The notes: a model not told the origin generated them from the sequence alone. 64,000 nt of DNA from a virus (IMGVR_UViG_3300021091_000001:1-64000), one strand, 5' to 3'. Shown: positions 10,986-22,562, numbered from the stretch's first letter. Program-made: numbers and translations.

Positions 10986-11959
10986 TATCTGATAACTCCC
11001 GTTGAAGTAAACACAATGCTTGTGTCTATTTGTTCTTTGTCAAAGTAGAGGTCATAATTTTTACTAAAAGAATATTTCGTTATAGACATTTCTGTACTTC
11101 CTGAAGATTGATTTTTTGAAGATAAAAGTTCTATCTCAAAAGAAAATGTTCCATAACAATCATCATAAGAATTTAAATTTATAACGGATGAATTTGTTTT
11201 GAGATTAATATTAAATATTTCTGTATCTAAAACTTGATTAACAGAATACATATCAATATTTTTTTGTGTATACACAACAGACTGTCCAGATGATGTGGCA
11301 GACGTCTTAATTATTTTTATGTTTATTTGACCTTTGTCTGGACCTTTGTCTGCAAATATTTTTAATCGTGGACCGTCAAATGTTCCAAGAATTTTTGCTC
11401 CTGGCTTATTTGTTTTGCCATCTGACCATATTTCTGAATCTCCAAAATATGAAAGTTTTGCAATGCGAATATTGGAATTTTTATTAACTAAATGAGAATA
11501 GTAATCAACAACATTGACTCCTGAACCAGAAGTTGTTCCCATATAATTTGAACCACCAGGATTTGCAGTTCTTATATAGTTTCCGCTAGATAACTGAATG
11601 TATTGAGCATTATCTGAATGGTAATAAATGTAATACGCACCTTCTGGTCTTGAACCAGAACTTACATCCGTTAATGATTTGAAGTAAAGATTTTCTTCTA
11701 AATCTATATAAGAATAAGTAGGAGTTTTTGTTGTAGCCGTTTCATATACAACTATAAAAGCATCTTGATCAAAAGAAACATTAATCGATTGACCAACATT
11801 AAAATATAATTGCCCTATATTAAGATCTGTTAGAGGACAATGAATCCAGTCTCCTGCTTTAAGGTTATCAGACAAAGATGGAAATACTATAAGCCTCCTC
11901 ACGGGAGGAGTAACAGAAGTCGCCAATGTTCCATCTGTATAATAATTAAACCAATTCAT
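10985..11959 (-). CDS. Putative tail/baseplate protein
   Basis: 324 aa ORF tightly coupled in virion operon; no motif recognised. Confidence 0.5.
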   Translation of the reverse strand: MNWFNYYTDGTLATSVTPPVRRLIVFPSLSDNLKAGDWIHCPLTDLNIGQLYFNVGQSINVSFDQDAFIVVYETATTKTPTYSYIDLEENLYFKSLTDVSSGSRPEGAYYIYYHSDNAQYIQLSSGNYIRTANPGGSNYMGTTSGSGVNVVDYYSHLVNKNSNIRIAKLSYFGDSEIWSDGKTNKPGAKILGTFDGPRLKIFADKGPDKGQINIKIIKTSATSSGQSVVYTQKNIDMYSVNQVLDTEIFNINLKTNSSVINLNSYDDCYGTFSFEIELLSSKNQSSGSTEMSITKYSFSKNYDLYFDKEQIDTSIVFTSTGVIR

Positions 11960-11961
11960 AA

Positions 11962-13530
11962 TTATAACTCTTTATATAATATTTCAAAATCGTAAGCATT
12001 TAGTTTATCATCTTCTATGTCTATTTCAAATACAGCAGAATATTCATGAACTCCACCTATTTTAAGTGTAGATTGAAATCCAGTTAAAACAATATTAGAA
12101 TATGGTTTTTCATTTGTCGATTCGTAATAACTTGATCTAGCAGAAGAGTAGTCTATTGAGTCGGCACTAATCGGAGAACTTCCATCTTGGAAATTATGAC
12201 TATGATTTACAAAATCAATTCCACCTATTTTAGTTCCACTTTCGATATATATGTCTCCAGTAATTTTTCCTCCACTTGCTTTTATATATTGCGGATGAGG
12301 ATCTCCATCTAAATCGTCTAAATCATTATGTGATGATCTTAGGCTTTCTCTCTTTGATGAATCTACATCAATGAACTCAAATATTGATGTTATTTTATCT
12401 ACATCTTCTTTTATAGGAAAAGATAGTGGCTTAACTCTAGAGAAACCTTTCTCTTCTAGGTTTATAATAAAATTAATATATCTTCTATTTAATCTAAATA
12501 ATTCTACTAAAGCCGACAATCTTTTACCAACAGTTATTCTTCTTTCAACTAAATCTGTTGTAACTGAACCCAAATTTCCGGTAATCGCATTGCTTGCAAT
12601 AAACATTTCTCCGACTAACATCGGAGCGTTTCTTGAAAGATTTGATGTATTTATATCCAACATTAATGGCTCTACTAATTTAGACTTAAAAGTTAGTGCT
12701 GGCATTAGGTAGTTGTCATAAAATGCTGGAGCAACGTCGACAGAGTCTCTCTTAATTAGAGCTGACACTGACAATATCTCAGATACTACAGAATTTACTC
12801 TGAGCGAAAAAAATGCTTGAAATTGAGCGGCTTGCTTTTTAGAGATTTGATCCAATTCGGATTGGGGGAGAGATATTGATTTTGATGTGATTTCTGCGGC
12901 AAATTGTTTCGAATAGTGCGTAACTGCCTTTGACCAATCTGCGAGGTGTTTTGCAATCTCCCCTTCTGTTTCATCCCTATAATCCTCCCCTAAATAATAT
13001 GTGACAATATTTTTAATAATTAAAACTTCTTTATGCAGATACTCAAGAACCTTTTTAAGATGTAATAAATATCCATAACTTGTATGTCCTATCGCTAACT
13101 CATATTGTTTTATAAATTCTCTACAAGCTCTACATTGATGTTTATTTGCAAAAAGATATTCTTCATAACAAATGAAATTTGGAGCAGTTGTATCTATAAT
13201 TTGATTTGAATGTTTAATTGCATCTTTCCAAACAGCCCCATGTGCAGTCTCTAAATTTATGTTTACATATGGATTTATGTTAACCATATGTAGATTGTCA
13301 TCTATCTCTATAGATAGTTTTTTTAGTATTTGCTCACATTCAAAAACATATGATCTAATATTTAATATCGTAGAATGAGATAAGTGATTATTATATTTGT
13401 TTTCATTTCCAATTATTCTGTTATATTCTGTTGATCTTTTCTCAACCGAGTTAAGAGAAGAAACATCAGAGTATGGGTCAGCAAAAACATTTTCTACTGC
13501 GTTAGATCTACCCAATCCATAGTTAGCCAT
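11962..13530 (-). CDS. Putative virion protein
   Basis: 522 aa; DLDGDPHPQY and GGKITGDI motifs seen in tail-associated proteins. Confidence 0.5.
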   Translation of the reverse strand: MANYGLGRSNAVENVFADPYSDVSSLNSVEKRSTEYNRIIGNENKYNNHLSHSTILNIRSYVFECEQILKKLSIEIDDNLHMVNINPYVNINLETAHGAVWKDAIKHSNQIIDTTAPNFICYEEYLFANKHQCRACREFIKQYELAIGHTSYGYLLHLKKVLEYLHKEVLIIKNIVTYYLGEDYRDETEGEIAKHLADWSKAVTHYSKQFAAEITSKSISLPQSELDQISKKQAAQFQAFFSLRVNSVVSEILSVSALIKRDSVDVAPAFYDNYLMPALTFKSKLVEPLMLDINTSNLSRNAPMLVGEMFIASNAITGNLGSVTTDLVERRITVGKRLSALVELFRLNRRYINFIINLEEKGFSRVKPLSFPIKEDVDKITSIFEFIDVDSSKRESLRSSHNDLDDLDGDPHPQYIKASGGKITGDIYIESGTKIGGIDFVNHSHNFQDGSSPISADSIDYSSARSSYYESTNEKPYSNIVLTGFQSTLKIGGVHEYSAVFEIDIEDDKLNAYDFEILYKEL

Positions 13531-13533
13531 ATC

Positions 13534-15403
13534 TTAAAATACTTTCCTTTTTAGAGGAGCATTGGCTCTTCTATTAAAACTTGTTTTGAATGATTTTTTA
13601 ACAGATAAATTTTTTGTTCTACTTTTTTCAACAGATGTTGAGTCTTCTTTATCATCTGACTCTTTGCTTCCTGGCATAAAGAATGTGTTAGAGAAACTGC
13701 TAGTTTTATTTGTAAACTTTGCTTTGTGTAAATCATTATAGTTTTCAGTAATAGATAAAAGAGCAAGAATCAAACCATCATGAGCATGGTCTTGCGCAGA
13801 ACCTCCTGCTTCAAATACTGGCCTTCCAGTTTGAGTTGTTCTCACTACAACATAGGAAATTAACTGCATATAAAGCTCATCATCTTTTTCCGGAATTAGT
13901 AAAAGTTCTTTTTCCAAATACTGACGAAGATTATCAACCATATATGGTTTTATTTCTTTCTTTATTATTTGTTTTGTATATGGGTCTCTAATATCAATAG
14001 TCTCAGCAAAACTGACTCCCTTAACTTTATTCTTGAGTCCAGATATAGGATTTTCTACTCCATACTTATGAAGAAGCTCTACTTGGACCTCACCAAAACC
14101 TCTATCTACATAAATGTGTTTTGGCTGAAAAATATCATTAAGTTCAACTATTCTAGAAACAGCTTTAGTCAAAGTATATTCTGATTTCTCTATTTCTTGT
14201 CTATATGCGAGTCTAACTCTATTTCTAAATCTTTCTTCTTCATAAGAATCAGAACAAGCTTCTAGCATAACTATATTTGTTCCTGCTCCGTATTTATCCC
14301 AGTCAACTCCCATAACAAAAAAGCTTCTTGCAGAAGTTATTTCTGGTATATAGTTCCATGATGGTTCTATAAATGCTTTATCTACATACTTTCTGGGATA
14401 TACACCTTCTGCATCTTCGCCCCAATCAGCTTCAATTTCATGTCGATATCCTATCTCAGAATATTGTTCTCTAAATTCGTCTTCTTGATCTTTGGAAAAG
14501 TATGGATTACAATATGATGGAAACCAGAACTCCTTGAATCTTGTGCTTCTGCACCATTCCCAAAATCTTTCTCTTCTACCTGTTGGAGTAGATGCGCCTA
14601 TCAAAACTTTATCGGATTGATCTTCTGCGGTTTTCTGCAACATTGCGTATAGTGCATCAAGATCGTCAGCGTGCATGTAGTCCATTTCATCAAGAACAAT
14701 TACGTGTGCTTCTTGACCTCTAGCAACGTCAGATTTTCCGCCAGAACGCATACCAGATGTGAAGAATCTAATTGTCGATCCATTTGTGAATTGAATCATA
14801 AATTGTGGAGATGTAACTTTTCTTATAATTGAGTTCATTACAATTTCATTTTTAGAAGCAAGTCTAAGTATCTCTTGATATATTAGTTCTACGTGAGATT
14901 TCATTGGCGCAATAACAAGACATTTTCCATCTTTATGAGTATAGCTGTAATGCAGCAAATAAATTGCCATACTAAAAGTCTTACCTAAACGACGACCAGC
15001 TCTAAGAACTTTTCTTAATGAAGGATCCCTTAAAATGAGAGTTTGATATACTCTTGTTTCTGCACCGAGAAATTGTTTTGCCCAAACACACGGATCTTTG
15101 GCTACATGTATTTGCCTTTGTTGTTCAGCAGAAATGCCGCATGTCTAAAAGTTCGAAGTCTAATTCAAATGGTTCATCAACCAATAAAGATAACTCTCTA
15201 TTAGTTAGAGGCCTATTATCTATAATTGATCCATCTGCCCAAGCAAGGTGTTTTAATTTATTTTCAAACACCCATTCAATTCTATTAATTTGTTTAATAG
15301 CTTCAATATCTTGAGCTCTTATTATTTCTAATAAATCTTCTCTAGATAACTTTTCTAAGTCTTGTCTAAACTTTTTTGTTTTATTAATAATAGATGTATT
15401 CAT
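13534..15403 (-). CDS. terL: Terminase large subunit; +1 frameshift at 15139
   Basis: Walker A (AGRRLGKT, ~14978-15000) lies in frame upstream of ORF 13534..14970 and links to ORF 15125..15403 by skipping one base; Walker B VIVLDEMD, GASTPTG, nuclease MGVDWD and QDHAHDG. Confidence 0.9.
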
Positions 15404-15405
15404 AA

Positions 15406-16938
15406 TTATCCAAAATGAGCTGCCAACATTGAACTTTCAGATCCCAACACTGATCTTGCGTTAAGTCTTGAGTTTTGAATTGCCATAACTCCTCTAGCCC
15501 TTGAAGTTGCAGCTACTTCATTGTCTTTAAATCCTGCTCCAAATAAAGGCTTGTTAATACTGCCCTGAAAAGATTTTAGCGCATCTTTGCCAGTATTTAC
15601 ACCTCCCATCATTAATTTTCCAAGACCTTTTCCAACATCATAAGCTAATGATGCCCAACCATAAACACTGAATGCTTTTCCTGCAGCTTTGCCGTATGTA
15701 GACAGATATGTTCCACCAAGCCTAGCTGCTAAACCTTTTTCTCCAGCTCCATAAGCTTTAATTGCCAAAGATTTTGTAGCAGCTCTGATTGATTTTACAT
15801 CCCCAGTTTTTAAAAGAGCAGCGGCATCATCTGCATATGTCGATAAAGGATTAATAATACTTGCTGCTTCACTGGAGAATAAAGCACCAGTTGCTGCATT
15901 AACTGACATCTTTGTTTTTTCAAGACCTTGTGCAATGCCTTTGCCAACTCTTGCAAGAGTTTCAGCAGAAGCTTTTGGTCCAGCTCCCTGCATAACTCCC
16001 AAGAATTTAAAAACATTTTCGCCCATCACTCCGCCAGTCATTCTGGCAATAGCTTCAAATCTGCCCATCCCCGCTACATCTGCAACGCTAGTAAGACCCC
16101 TTGCTCTCATGATGTCGTCTGCATAGGAAGCTGTTAATCCAATTGTGTCTTTTTGACCTGGAAATAATTTTGCAAACTTAGCTGTAGCTTCAAATTGTGC
16201 AGATTGTTTTGATACTTTTAATATATTTTCATCTAGTCTAGATAACTTAGCTGCGGCAGCATCGCCTCTTCTAACGGCTCTTGCTTGTGCTCTAGTTCTT
16301 GCTGCTTCTTGAGGTACTCTCGTTCTTATATCTGCTGCTCTTTGAACTGCAGATTCATAAGCTGTAGCTTTATTGAATGTATTTAGTCTTCCTAACACTC
16401 CACCAGCATAAAGTGGTTTACCTGGATTTGCTTCTAAATCAGCTTTAAATCTATGCCTTATACTTTCTGGAATTCTTCCTGAAGATTTTTCGCCCATAAG
16501 CTTATTAAGTATAAATGATACTCCCTGAAATGGAGTATAGGGTGTTGATCTATCTCCTGCAATACCTGTTAATCTAGCAACGCTGTCAAATCTAAATGGA
16601 TTTGCTACAGCTGCTACTCTAGGTTTCATTTTTTTCGCAGCATACTTTCCAAATATACTTTTACCTAATGCAAACTCGTCTGCATTTTGGGCGACATTAC
16701 CAACGTATGCACCTGTTCTTCTTCCTAGTGCAGATCTAATTCCAGATGCACCTTCTGCGACATCTAGATAACCACCTCTGAACATGGTGCTTGCATATTT
16801 ACTAGCGTTTACAGCTGCCATTTGAGTTGCAGATGGCAGTGCGCTTAGAGCTCTTAATGGCAAAGGTAATTCAACTTCTGGAGCCATTTGAGATGACATT
16901 AATGGGTCAACAGTGTAAGAAGAACCATCAGCTGGCAT
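15406..16938 (-). CDS. Ala/Gly-rich putative internal virion / tape-measure-like protein
   Basis: 510 aa, Ala/Gly/Lys-rich helical composition, in virion module. Confidence 0.45.
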   Translation of the reverse strand: MPADGSSYTVDPLMSSQMAPEVELPLPLRALSALPSATQMAAVNASKYASTMFRGGYLDVAEGASGIRSALGRRTGAYVGNVAQNADEFALGKSIFGKYAAKKMKPRVAAVANPFRFDSVARLTGIAGDRSTPYTPFQGVSFILNKLMGEKSSGRIPESIRHRFKADLEANPGKPLYAGGVLGRLNTFNKATAYESAVQRAADIRTRVPQEAARTRAQARAVRRGDAAAAKLSRLDENILKVSKQSAQFEATAKFAKLFPGQKDTIGLTASYADDIMRARGLTSVADVAGMGRFEAIARMTGGVMGENVFKFLGVMQGAGPKASAETLARVGKGIAQGLEKTKMSVNAATGALFSSEAASIINPLSTYADDAAALLKTGDVKSIRAATKSLAIKAYGAGEKGLAARLGGTYLSTYGKAAGKAFSVYGWASLAYDVGKGLGKLMMGGVNTGKDALKSFQGSINKPLFGAGFKDNEVAATSRARGVMAIQNSRLNARSVLGSESSMLAAHFG

Positions 16939-17610
16939 TAGTATCCACCTCTTCTTGTATTATACGCTCCTAAAACTATATCTCCACTAGCATTTAATCT
17001 TTCAGCTGTTAACATTGAAGAATTATAAAAAGGAGACTGACTAATGATTTGTTGATTTTCTTGTGCAGACCTGCGAGCAAAATCGATTGATCCATAAACT
17101 CCCGTAATTCCACCAAGAACTCCACCCACCATTGCACCTAATCCTGTTTTTTTTCCGAAGTTTAGCTCCTAACAGAGCACCTGCTCCAGCACCAATAACA
17201 CTAGATCCCACTGCTGCCCTTAATGGATTGGGTGCTCCATAAAATCTATATGGATTAGAGCCTCTTGCTAAGCCACCAATTGGCCCATCAAGAGTTCCTC
17301 CAGCCAATATGCTGCCAGTTAAATCAGTTCCAAGCACTGCTCTATCTGCATTTGGATCATCGAATGCAACATCCATTGCTGCTTTAATAGTTGGCTGAGC
17401 AGTTTCTTTATACATGCCTGCCATCATTAATCCACCAAGTCCTGCTCCGACAGCGATTCTTCTTCCTCGTGAGCCTGGTATAGATTCAGTAAAAGTAGAC
17501 ATTGCTCTACCAATGGCAGTTCCAGCAGAACTAGAGGTTGCTTGCCTTGCAGCTTGACTAAGACTTCGAGAGCTTGCTAATAGTTTTCCTAAATTTTCTA
17601 ATACTGCCAT
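16938..17610 (-). CDS. Gly-rich putative ejection/membrane-spanning virion protein; +1 frameshift near 17157
   Basis: ORFs 17041..17610 and 16938..17132 join as ...ALLGAKL(G or R)KKTGLGAMVGGVLGG... Confidence 0.6.
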
Positions 17611-17612
17611 TT

Positions 17613-20600
17613 TTATCTTCCGTATAAATAATCGTATTTATTTGGGCCCATTTTTGTGTGTCCAATTTTATTTCTATCTAAATTTCCGACAACTCCAGCA
17701 GTAACAAGTGGATCTCTTCTTGCGCTATAAATTTGTTTGTCTGCTTGAATGTCATCGTTAGCTTCTTGAACCAGTCCAGTATCTTCATACGGTTGCTGAT
17801 TCATAACCTCGTTGAACATTTCGTTTTTTCTATTTCTTCTTGCTATATAGTAACCCGCACTAAAAGCTGCTACACCTAGTGCTGCAACAGCCATTTTTGG
17901 CTTATGTTTAGTAATAAAGTTAACTATTGATTCATCTCTTAAAGTTCTATTTCTAAATATAGATGTACCACGTATTCCAGTATCTACTCTTGCTCTAGAA
18001 AAGTTAGTTTCTAAATTTCTTCTAAATTCTGGATTTTCTTCGGCTTCTCTTACAATGGATAAAAATGTTTCGTATTGTCCACCAACCATCTGTGATCTTG
18101 CTGCCGCATGTAGCGCTGGATTTTCTGCTTCAAGAACTTGTTCAGCTGCTGTACTAATAGAAGCAGTAACAGCATTATACTGTTCTCCCATTTCATTAAC
18201 CTGAAATAAGAACCCTCTTCTCACAGGTTCAACATCGTTAGTTATGGAACCTCCAAGTCTTCTTAGGAGTGCAGTTACACCTTGTGCTGGAGCTCCTTCT
18301 ATGAATCCCGAAACTGGACCACTTCTCACAAATGTGTCTGTAAGTTTATCGACAAGTTCATCAGCGCTTATTTGAGCAGCATCTGCTATGGTTCCAGAAG
18401 AAGATGACTTAAGAATATTTTTAATCGCTATTGCTTCCAATTCATCTCCAGCAAGACCTGACTTAACCATTTCTTCTGTGGTTTTGCCTGCGTTTTGTCT
18501 CCAAACTTCAACAATACTTTCTGCTAATTCTTGTGCTTTTGACCTTTGCATTTGTCCAGATCCAAGAACCAAGTTAACTCTATCCTTTCCATCAACAATA
18601 GAAAAATGTGCCTTGTCTAAACCAATATCACTAAAAAATGTATCACCTTTAATTCTTTTAATTTCTTCTGTTAACTTTGCAGACATCATTGGCTTTGATA
18701 CGACTTCGCTATCTGTTGTTAATATTCTTGTGGTTTCTTGAGCTCTAGTAAATACTACTCCGAGTTCAGAAGCTTGCCTTGCAATTTTTTGTCCTCTCAA
18801 AGCCATCGATTTTACTCTCTCAACATCTGTTGGCAGAATATCTCCAGGAGATATCAATCCTGCTCTTCTTAAAATTTGAGTTGGAAGAGTAGTTGTTTGA
18901 GAAACTTCATCAACTGCATCTACTACTGGTCTTGCTAATGAATCTCTAGGAACAGTAAAAGGAATTTCAGAAGTAAGAGTAGAAGCTGCAACAAAGCTTC
19001 CTCTCATTGATGGATCTAAGAAACCAAGACCAGCTCCACCAGAATGAAGTGATCTAAAAGCTTGAGTAACTAGATTTTCTGGAATTGGATCATATCTATC
19101 AGCCATTGACCTAGTGAGTGCCAAGTCTCCTCTTGAGATAATTTCAGGTCTTTCTGCCAAATATGGAAAACCAATAGTTTGTCTAGTAGTTAATAAAGAT
19201 CCTAGGAATTCTTTTTGTTGCGTAGCATCTAACGCTGATACATTGACAAATGGAACTCTTGATGTTACAGATGTAGCATTTGCAGTAACAACGGGACTTA
19301 TTGTTGAAGTTGTAGATACATAATCTAACATTCTTCTCATTTGAGAAGCTTCTGCATAACTAATTCCGGATGTCAACATTCTATCAACTGGTGCTGATCC
19401 TCCAGGTTGTAATGCAGTCAATTCTTGATGTAGAACAGTTCTTATTTTCATCTCAGCAAGTTGTGTTCTTATTGGAGATACTTGTCCTGCTTTAGAACCT
19501 CTTAAAAAACTTTCCTCATACATGCCAGTTTCTGCATTGAATGCAATCATTGCATCGCCGCCTTGAGATGAAACTCTTACTCCTTGAAGAGTTCCTTTAC
19601 CACTTGGACTAATCATGAATCTTAATAAATTATCTGACATTTGATTAACATCTACTATGTTTGCAGTAGAAAAAGGCGCAACTGATCTTGCTATAGTTTG
19701 TCTAATACCCCTAAGGATCGGGTCCTGTACGTGTCCAGCACCTAAGAGATCTAAGCTCTGATCATTAATTCTTCTAAGCAATTCTCCAGAAAAATATTGG
19801 TCAATTTCGGAAATGTGAGTACCTCTTTGTAGAGCATCTATAACCTTTGAGGCCTCAGTGTTTCCTTGATCTGCAGAATCTTTTATTAATTCCAACATGT
19901 TTGTTGACAAAAGAAGGTTCTCCATTGACCTTGGTTTAACACCCTCTCCAAGAAGCCCTCCTTTAGCTATAGTTTCTGGAGCAAGTAAGTTTGTTCTCAC
20001 AAAATCTATTGCTCTCTCAGTATCTTGGAGATCAATTCCAGATTGACGTAATCTTTCTATAAGTTTACCTTGCAAATATTGACCAGAAATTTGCGTCATA
20101 TCAATAATTTTTCCATTGTTTAATTTTGATATTACTTTAGATACTAATTCATCTGCGCCATCGATATCACTGAATTCCTGTAGTTGAGCTATACTTTGAA
20201 CAACTTTTGGAATATCAAATGCTCCAACATTATTTCCAACAATATAAACATCATCTTGCGCCATGAAATTAAACAACTTAAAATATGAATCTGCTGCTTG
20301 TCTTCTTTGTAGTGGGTCAGATAAATCAAATATGTCGTCAATGTTTTCAGTTAACAAAGATCGAGCTTCTTTGCGTGCTATTTCCGTTCCTAGTCTTGTT
20401 CCTTGACCAGTTGATCTACTTACCACTAGATTTTGCATTTCTGGAGCAATTAAATGAAATCCTACTCTTCCAGAAGGATCAGCAGACATTCCTGCAATAC
20501 TTGTTGCTACAGATGTTCCAGGAAGATGAGAATCATACATTTGACCAGAAAGAGATCTAGCTATATCATCAGTTCCTACTCCAGTAGTTTCTATGTCGAG

Positions 20601-21275
20601 AGAGAAGTATTTTACTCTTTCTCCTCTTGCAAGTTTTTCTGTGATTTCTTTAAGTGGCGGACTGGTTCTTTGCTGCATTAGTTCTCTCATATAATCTGGT
20701 GTTGGAATACTAGAATATCCTATCTCAATTTTTTTAGTATCAAGAGACATGTTAAATGTTCTTCCGCTTAATAATATATCCAAAGGATGAGAACTTCCTG
20801 GAGTCATCATTAAGGCTGACATTTTCCTTGGGTTTCCAGATGGAATAGGAACAGATGGAAAACCAAGAACTCCAAATGTTCCTCCAGAACCAGATTGTCC
20901 AGTTGATCCAGTTAACATTATCATTTTTTCAAACTGATTTTGTAATTCTTTTCTAGATTGATATGAAGATATTAGGTTAAAATTCATAGTTGGCTGTTGC
21001 ATAGCCATACCTAATAATCTTACTCTATCTTGAGTTAATCCAACTCCTTCATCTAATTCTTGCTGCAAAAGTTGCAAATATCTAGTATGCAATGTTTCTA
21101 AGTTATCCATTACTTCTGAACGAGGAGAAATAATATCTAGATTTGCTATATGTTGCGATGGATTAAGTGCTGCAGAAAAGTTCTTTTGAATACGTGCTCT
21201 AGCTTCAGTTTCATTAGTTGCCATACCCATATCCAGATAAGCTTTTGTTAGCTTTTCAAAATTTGTCTTTGTCAT
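17613..21275 (-). CDS. Large (~1220 aa) putative virion protein containing a DEDDh 3-5 exonuclease domain
   Basis: Start set at MTKTNFEK; ExoI YFSLDIETTG, ExoII IVGNNVGAFD, ExoIII HISEID; hydrophobic AVAALGVAAFSAGYY near C-terminus. Confidence 0.6.
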   Translation of the reverse strand: MTKTNFEKLTKAYLDMGMATNETEARARIQKNFSAALNPSQHIANLDIISPRSEVMDNLETLHTRYLQLLQQELDEGVGLTQDRVRLLGMAMQQPTMNFNLISSYQSRKELQNQFEKMIMLTGSTGQSGSGGTFGVLGFPSVPIPSGNPRKMSALMMTPGSSHPLDILLSGRTFNMSLDTKKIEIGYSSIPTPDYMRELMQQRTSPPLKEITEKLARGERVKYFSLDIETTGVGTDDIARSLSGQMYDSHLPGTSVATSIAGMSADPSGRVGFHLIAPEMQNLVVSRSTGQGTRLGTEIARKEARSLLTENIDDIFDLSDPLQRRQAADSYFKLFNFMAQDDVYIVGNNVGAFDIPKVVQSIAQLQEFSDIDGADELVSKVISKLNNGKIIDMTQISGQYLQGKLIERLRQSGIDLQDTERAIDFVRTNLLAPETIAKGGLLGEGVKPRSMENLLLSTNMLELIKDSADQGNTEASKVIDALQRGTHISEIDQYFSGELLRRINDQSLDLLGAGHVQDPILRGIRQTIARSVAPFSTANIVDVNQMSDNLLRFMISPSGKGTLQGVRVSSQGGDAMIAFNAETGMYEESFLRGSKAGQVSPIRTQLAEMKIRTVLHQELTALQPGGSAPVDRMLTSGISYAEASQMRRMLDYVSTTSTISPVVTANATSVTSRVPFVNVSALDATQQKEFLGSLLTTRQTIGFPYLAERPEIISRGDLALTRSMADRYDPIPENLVTQAFRSLHSGGAGLGFLDPSMRGSFVAASTLTSEIPFTVPRDSLARPVVDAVDEVSQTTTLPTQILRRAGLISPGDILPTDVERVKSMALRGQKIARQASELGVVFTRAQETTRILTTDSEVVSKPMMSAKLTEEIKRIKGDTFFSDIGLDKAHFSIVDGKDRVNLVLGSGQMQRSKAQELAESIVEVWRQNAGKTTEEMVKSGLAGDELEAIAIKNILKSSSSGTIADAAQISADELVDKLTDTFVRSGPVSGFIEGAPAQGVTALLRRLGGSITNDVEPVRRGFLFQVNEMGEQYNAVTASISTAAEQVLEAENPALHAAARSQMVGGQYETFLSIVREAEENPEFRRNLETNFSRARVDTGIRGTSIFRNRTLRDESIVNFITKHKPKMAVAALGVAAFSAGYYIARRNRKNEMFNEVMNQQPYEDTGLVQEANDDIQADKQIYSARRDPLVTAGVVGNLDRNKIGHTKMGPNKYDYLYGR

Positions 21276-21984
21276 TTTCCGTTTCCTGAGATTCAATATA
21301 TTCATCAATTTCATATGTGCCAAGTTTTTGTTTAATAATTTTTTCTCTCTGTATATCAATTGATTGAACTTTATTAATAATCTCAGATATTGCTTGAGCT
21401 GTATCAAGTTGAACTTGGCCAACTTTTGCTTTTGCTTCTCTAGTTGCAAGAAGTTGATTTCTTAGATCTTTTCTTCTTTTATGCAGTTTATCTTCTAACT
21501 CAACCGCTAAGTGTAATTCTTTTTTGAAAATTGGCTGACCCTCTTGGTCAACTCCAATAATATTTTCCTGAATGAAATGCTCCTTAGCAAGGAGTTTTGT
21601 TTTACGCAGATATTGAACTTCTTGATCTACCAGATCTCTTACCATTGAAACTTCAACAAGATTATTTGGATTTACATCAAGTTGCTCTAAGTATTCTGCT
21701 GTAAACTGAGAAACCATTGACATTTCTATTGGACACGGTTTTCCTCTTGGAGCAAGATTTTCTTTTAACAGTGGACATGTAGCTGCAAAAATACATTTTT
21801 CAGATTGACAATTCATTGGAATCGATGAGAACATCGCATTCCTAGTTCTTTGGGGCCTTACAAGTTCTGTAGCTTTTTGCTTTTCTTCTTCTGACCAGTG
21901 ATCAGGAAAAAATAAGTCTGGTCTTAAAGACTCAAACTGTTTCATAAAACCGTTTTTATCATCTGCTTTTTCTATATTAGACAT
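21256..21984 (-). CDS. Possible terminase small subunit
   Basis: Cys cluster (CQSEKC..C...CP) followed by helical coiled-coil; location upstream of terL; function inferred only. Confidence 0.4.
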   Translation of the reverse strand: MSNIEKADDKNGFMKQFESLRPDLFFPDHWSEEEKQKATELVRPQRTRNAMFSSIPMNCQSEKCIFAATCPLLKENLAPRGKPCPIEMSMVSQFTAEYLEQLDVNPNNLVEVSMVRDLVDQEVQYLRKTKLLAKEHFIQENIIGVDQEGQPIFKKELHLAVELEDKLHKRRKDLRNQLLATREAKAKVGQVQLDTAQAISEIINKVQSIDIQREKIIKQKLGTYEIDEYIESQETENDKDKF

Positions 21985-22174
21985 TGAAATCAATCCACTC
22001 TGATCTAACTAAACCTATGTCATCAAAACTTTCCACTACTGCACCTTTGCAGTGAGAACAGAAATATTCTCTTACATAAATAAATTTATCTTCTTCAATC
22101 ACATACTCAGTTACATTTTGCAGCCTGTAGGCACATCTTGGGCATTCCACACTATTGTACTGCCAGTATCTCAC
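21977..22174 (-). CDS. Zinc-ribbon protein
   Basis: CPRC and CSHC motifs, 65 aa. Confidence 0.6.
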   Translation of the reverse strand: MRYWQYNSVECPRCAYRLQNVTEYVIEEDKFIYVREYFCSHCKGAVVESFDDIGLVRSEWIDFNV

Positions 22175-22562
22175 TTAAACTTTTTTGAAGCTTCTGCATT
22201 ATTTCAACTCCGCTTGCTGCATTAATAAATACTCCAACTTCTTTCATCTGATCTGGAGTAAGAGTTGAACTAATTGTATATCTTGCACCTTTGCATATGT
22301 CACAATAAGTTTCTTTGTCATAAAGAGAACAGACACAAGGGTCTATAATATTAAAAAATTCAAGAGCTTTTGCTATTTCATACCAACGTGCTTTAAACAT
22401 CTTTTTTGTTTGCTCTTTATAAGCTCTTAACTTATGTTGATCGTTAGACAGTAGCGTTCCCATATCTAAAGACTGCTTCATTAAATCATTAATAGTTCTG
22501 TACAAGAAGTTGGGCAGTTCGAAATCACCAGACTCATTTATAAAAGTTTCCCAATTGCTCAT
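22152..22562 (-). CDS. Hypothetical protein
   Basis: 136 aa with CVC...CDIC motif; overlapping operon. Confidence 0.55.
   Translation of the reverse strand: MSNWETFINESGDFELPNFLYRTINDLMKQSLDMGTLLSNDQHKLRAYKEQTKKMFKARWYEIAKALEFFNIIDPCVCSLYDKETYCDICKGARYTISSTLTPDQMKEVGVFINAASGVEIMQKLQKSLSEILAVQ

Noticed and set aside
21276-21449. N-terminal extension of ORF 17613..21449
   Set aside because: Lies entirely inside the upstream gene; MTKTNF at 21275 is the more plausible start
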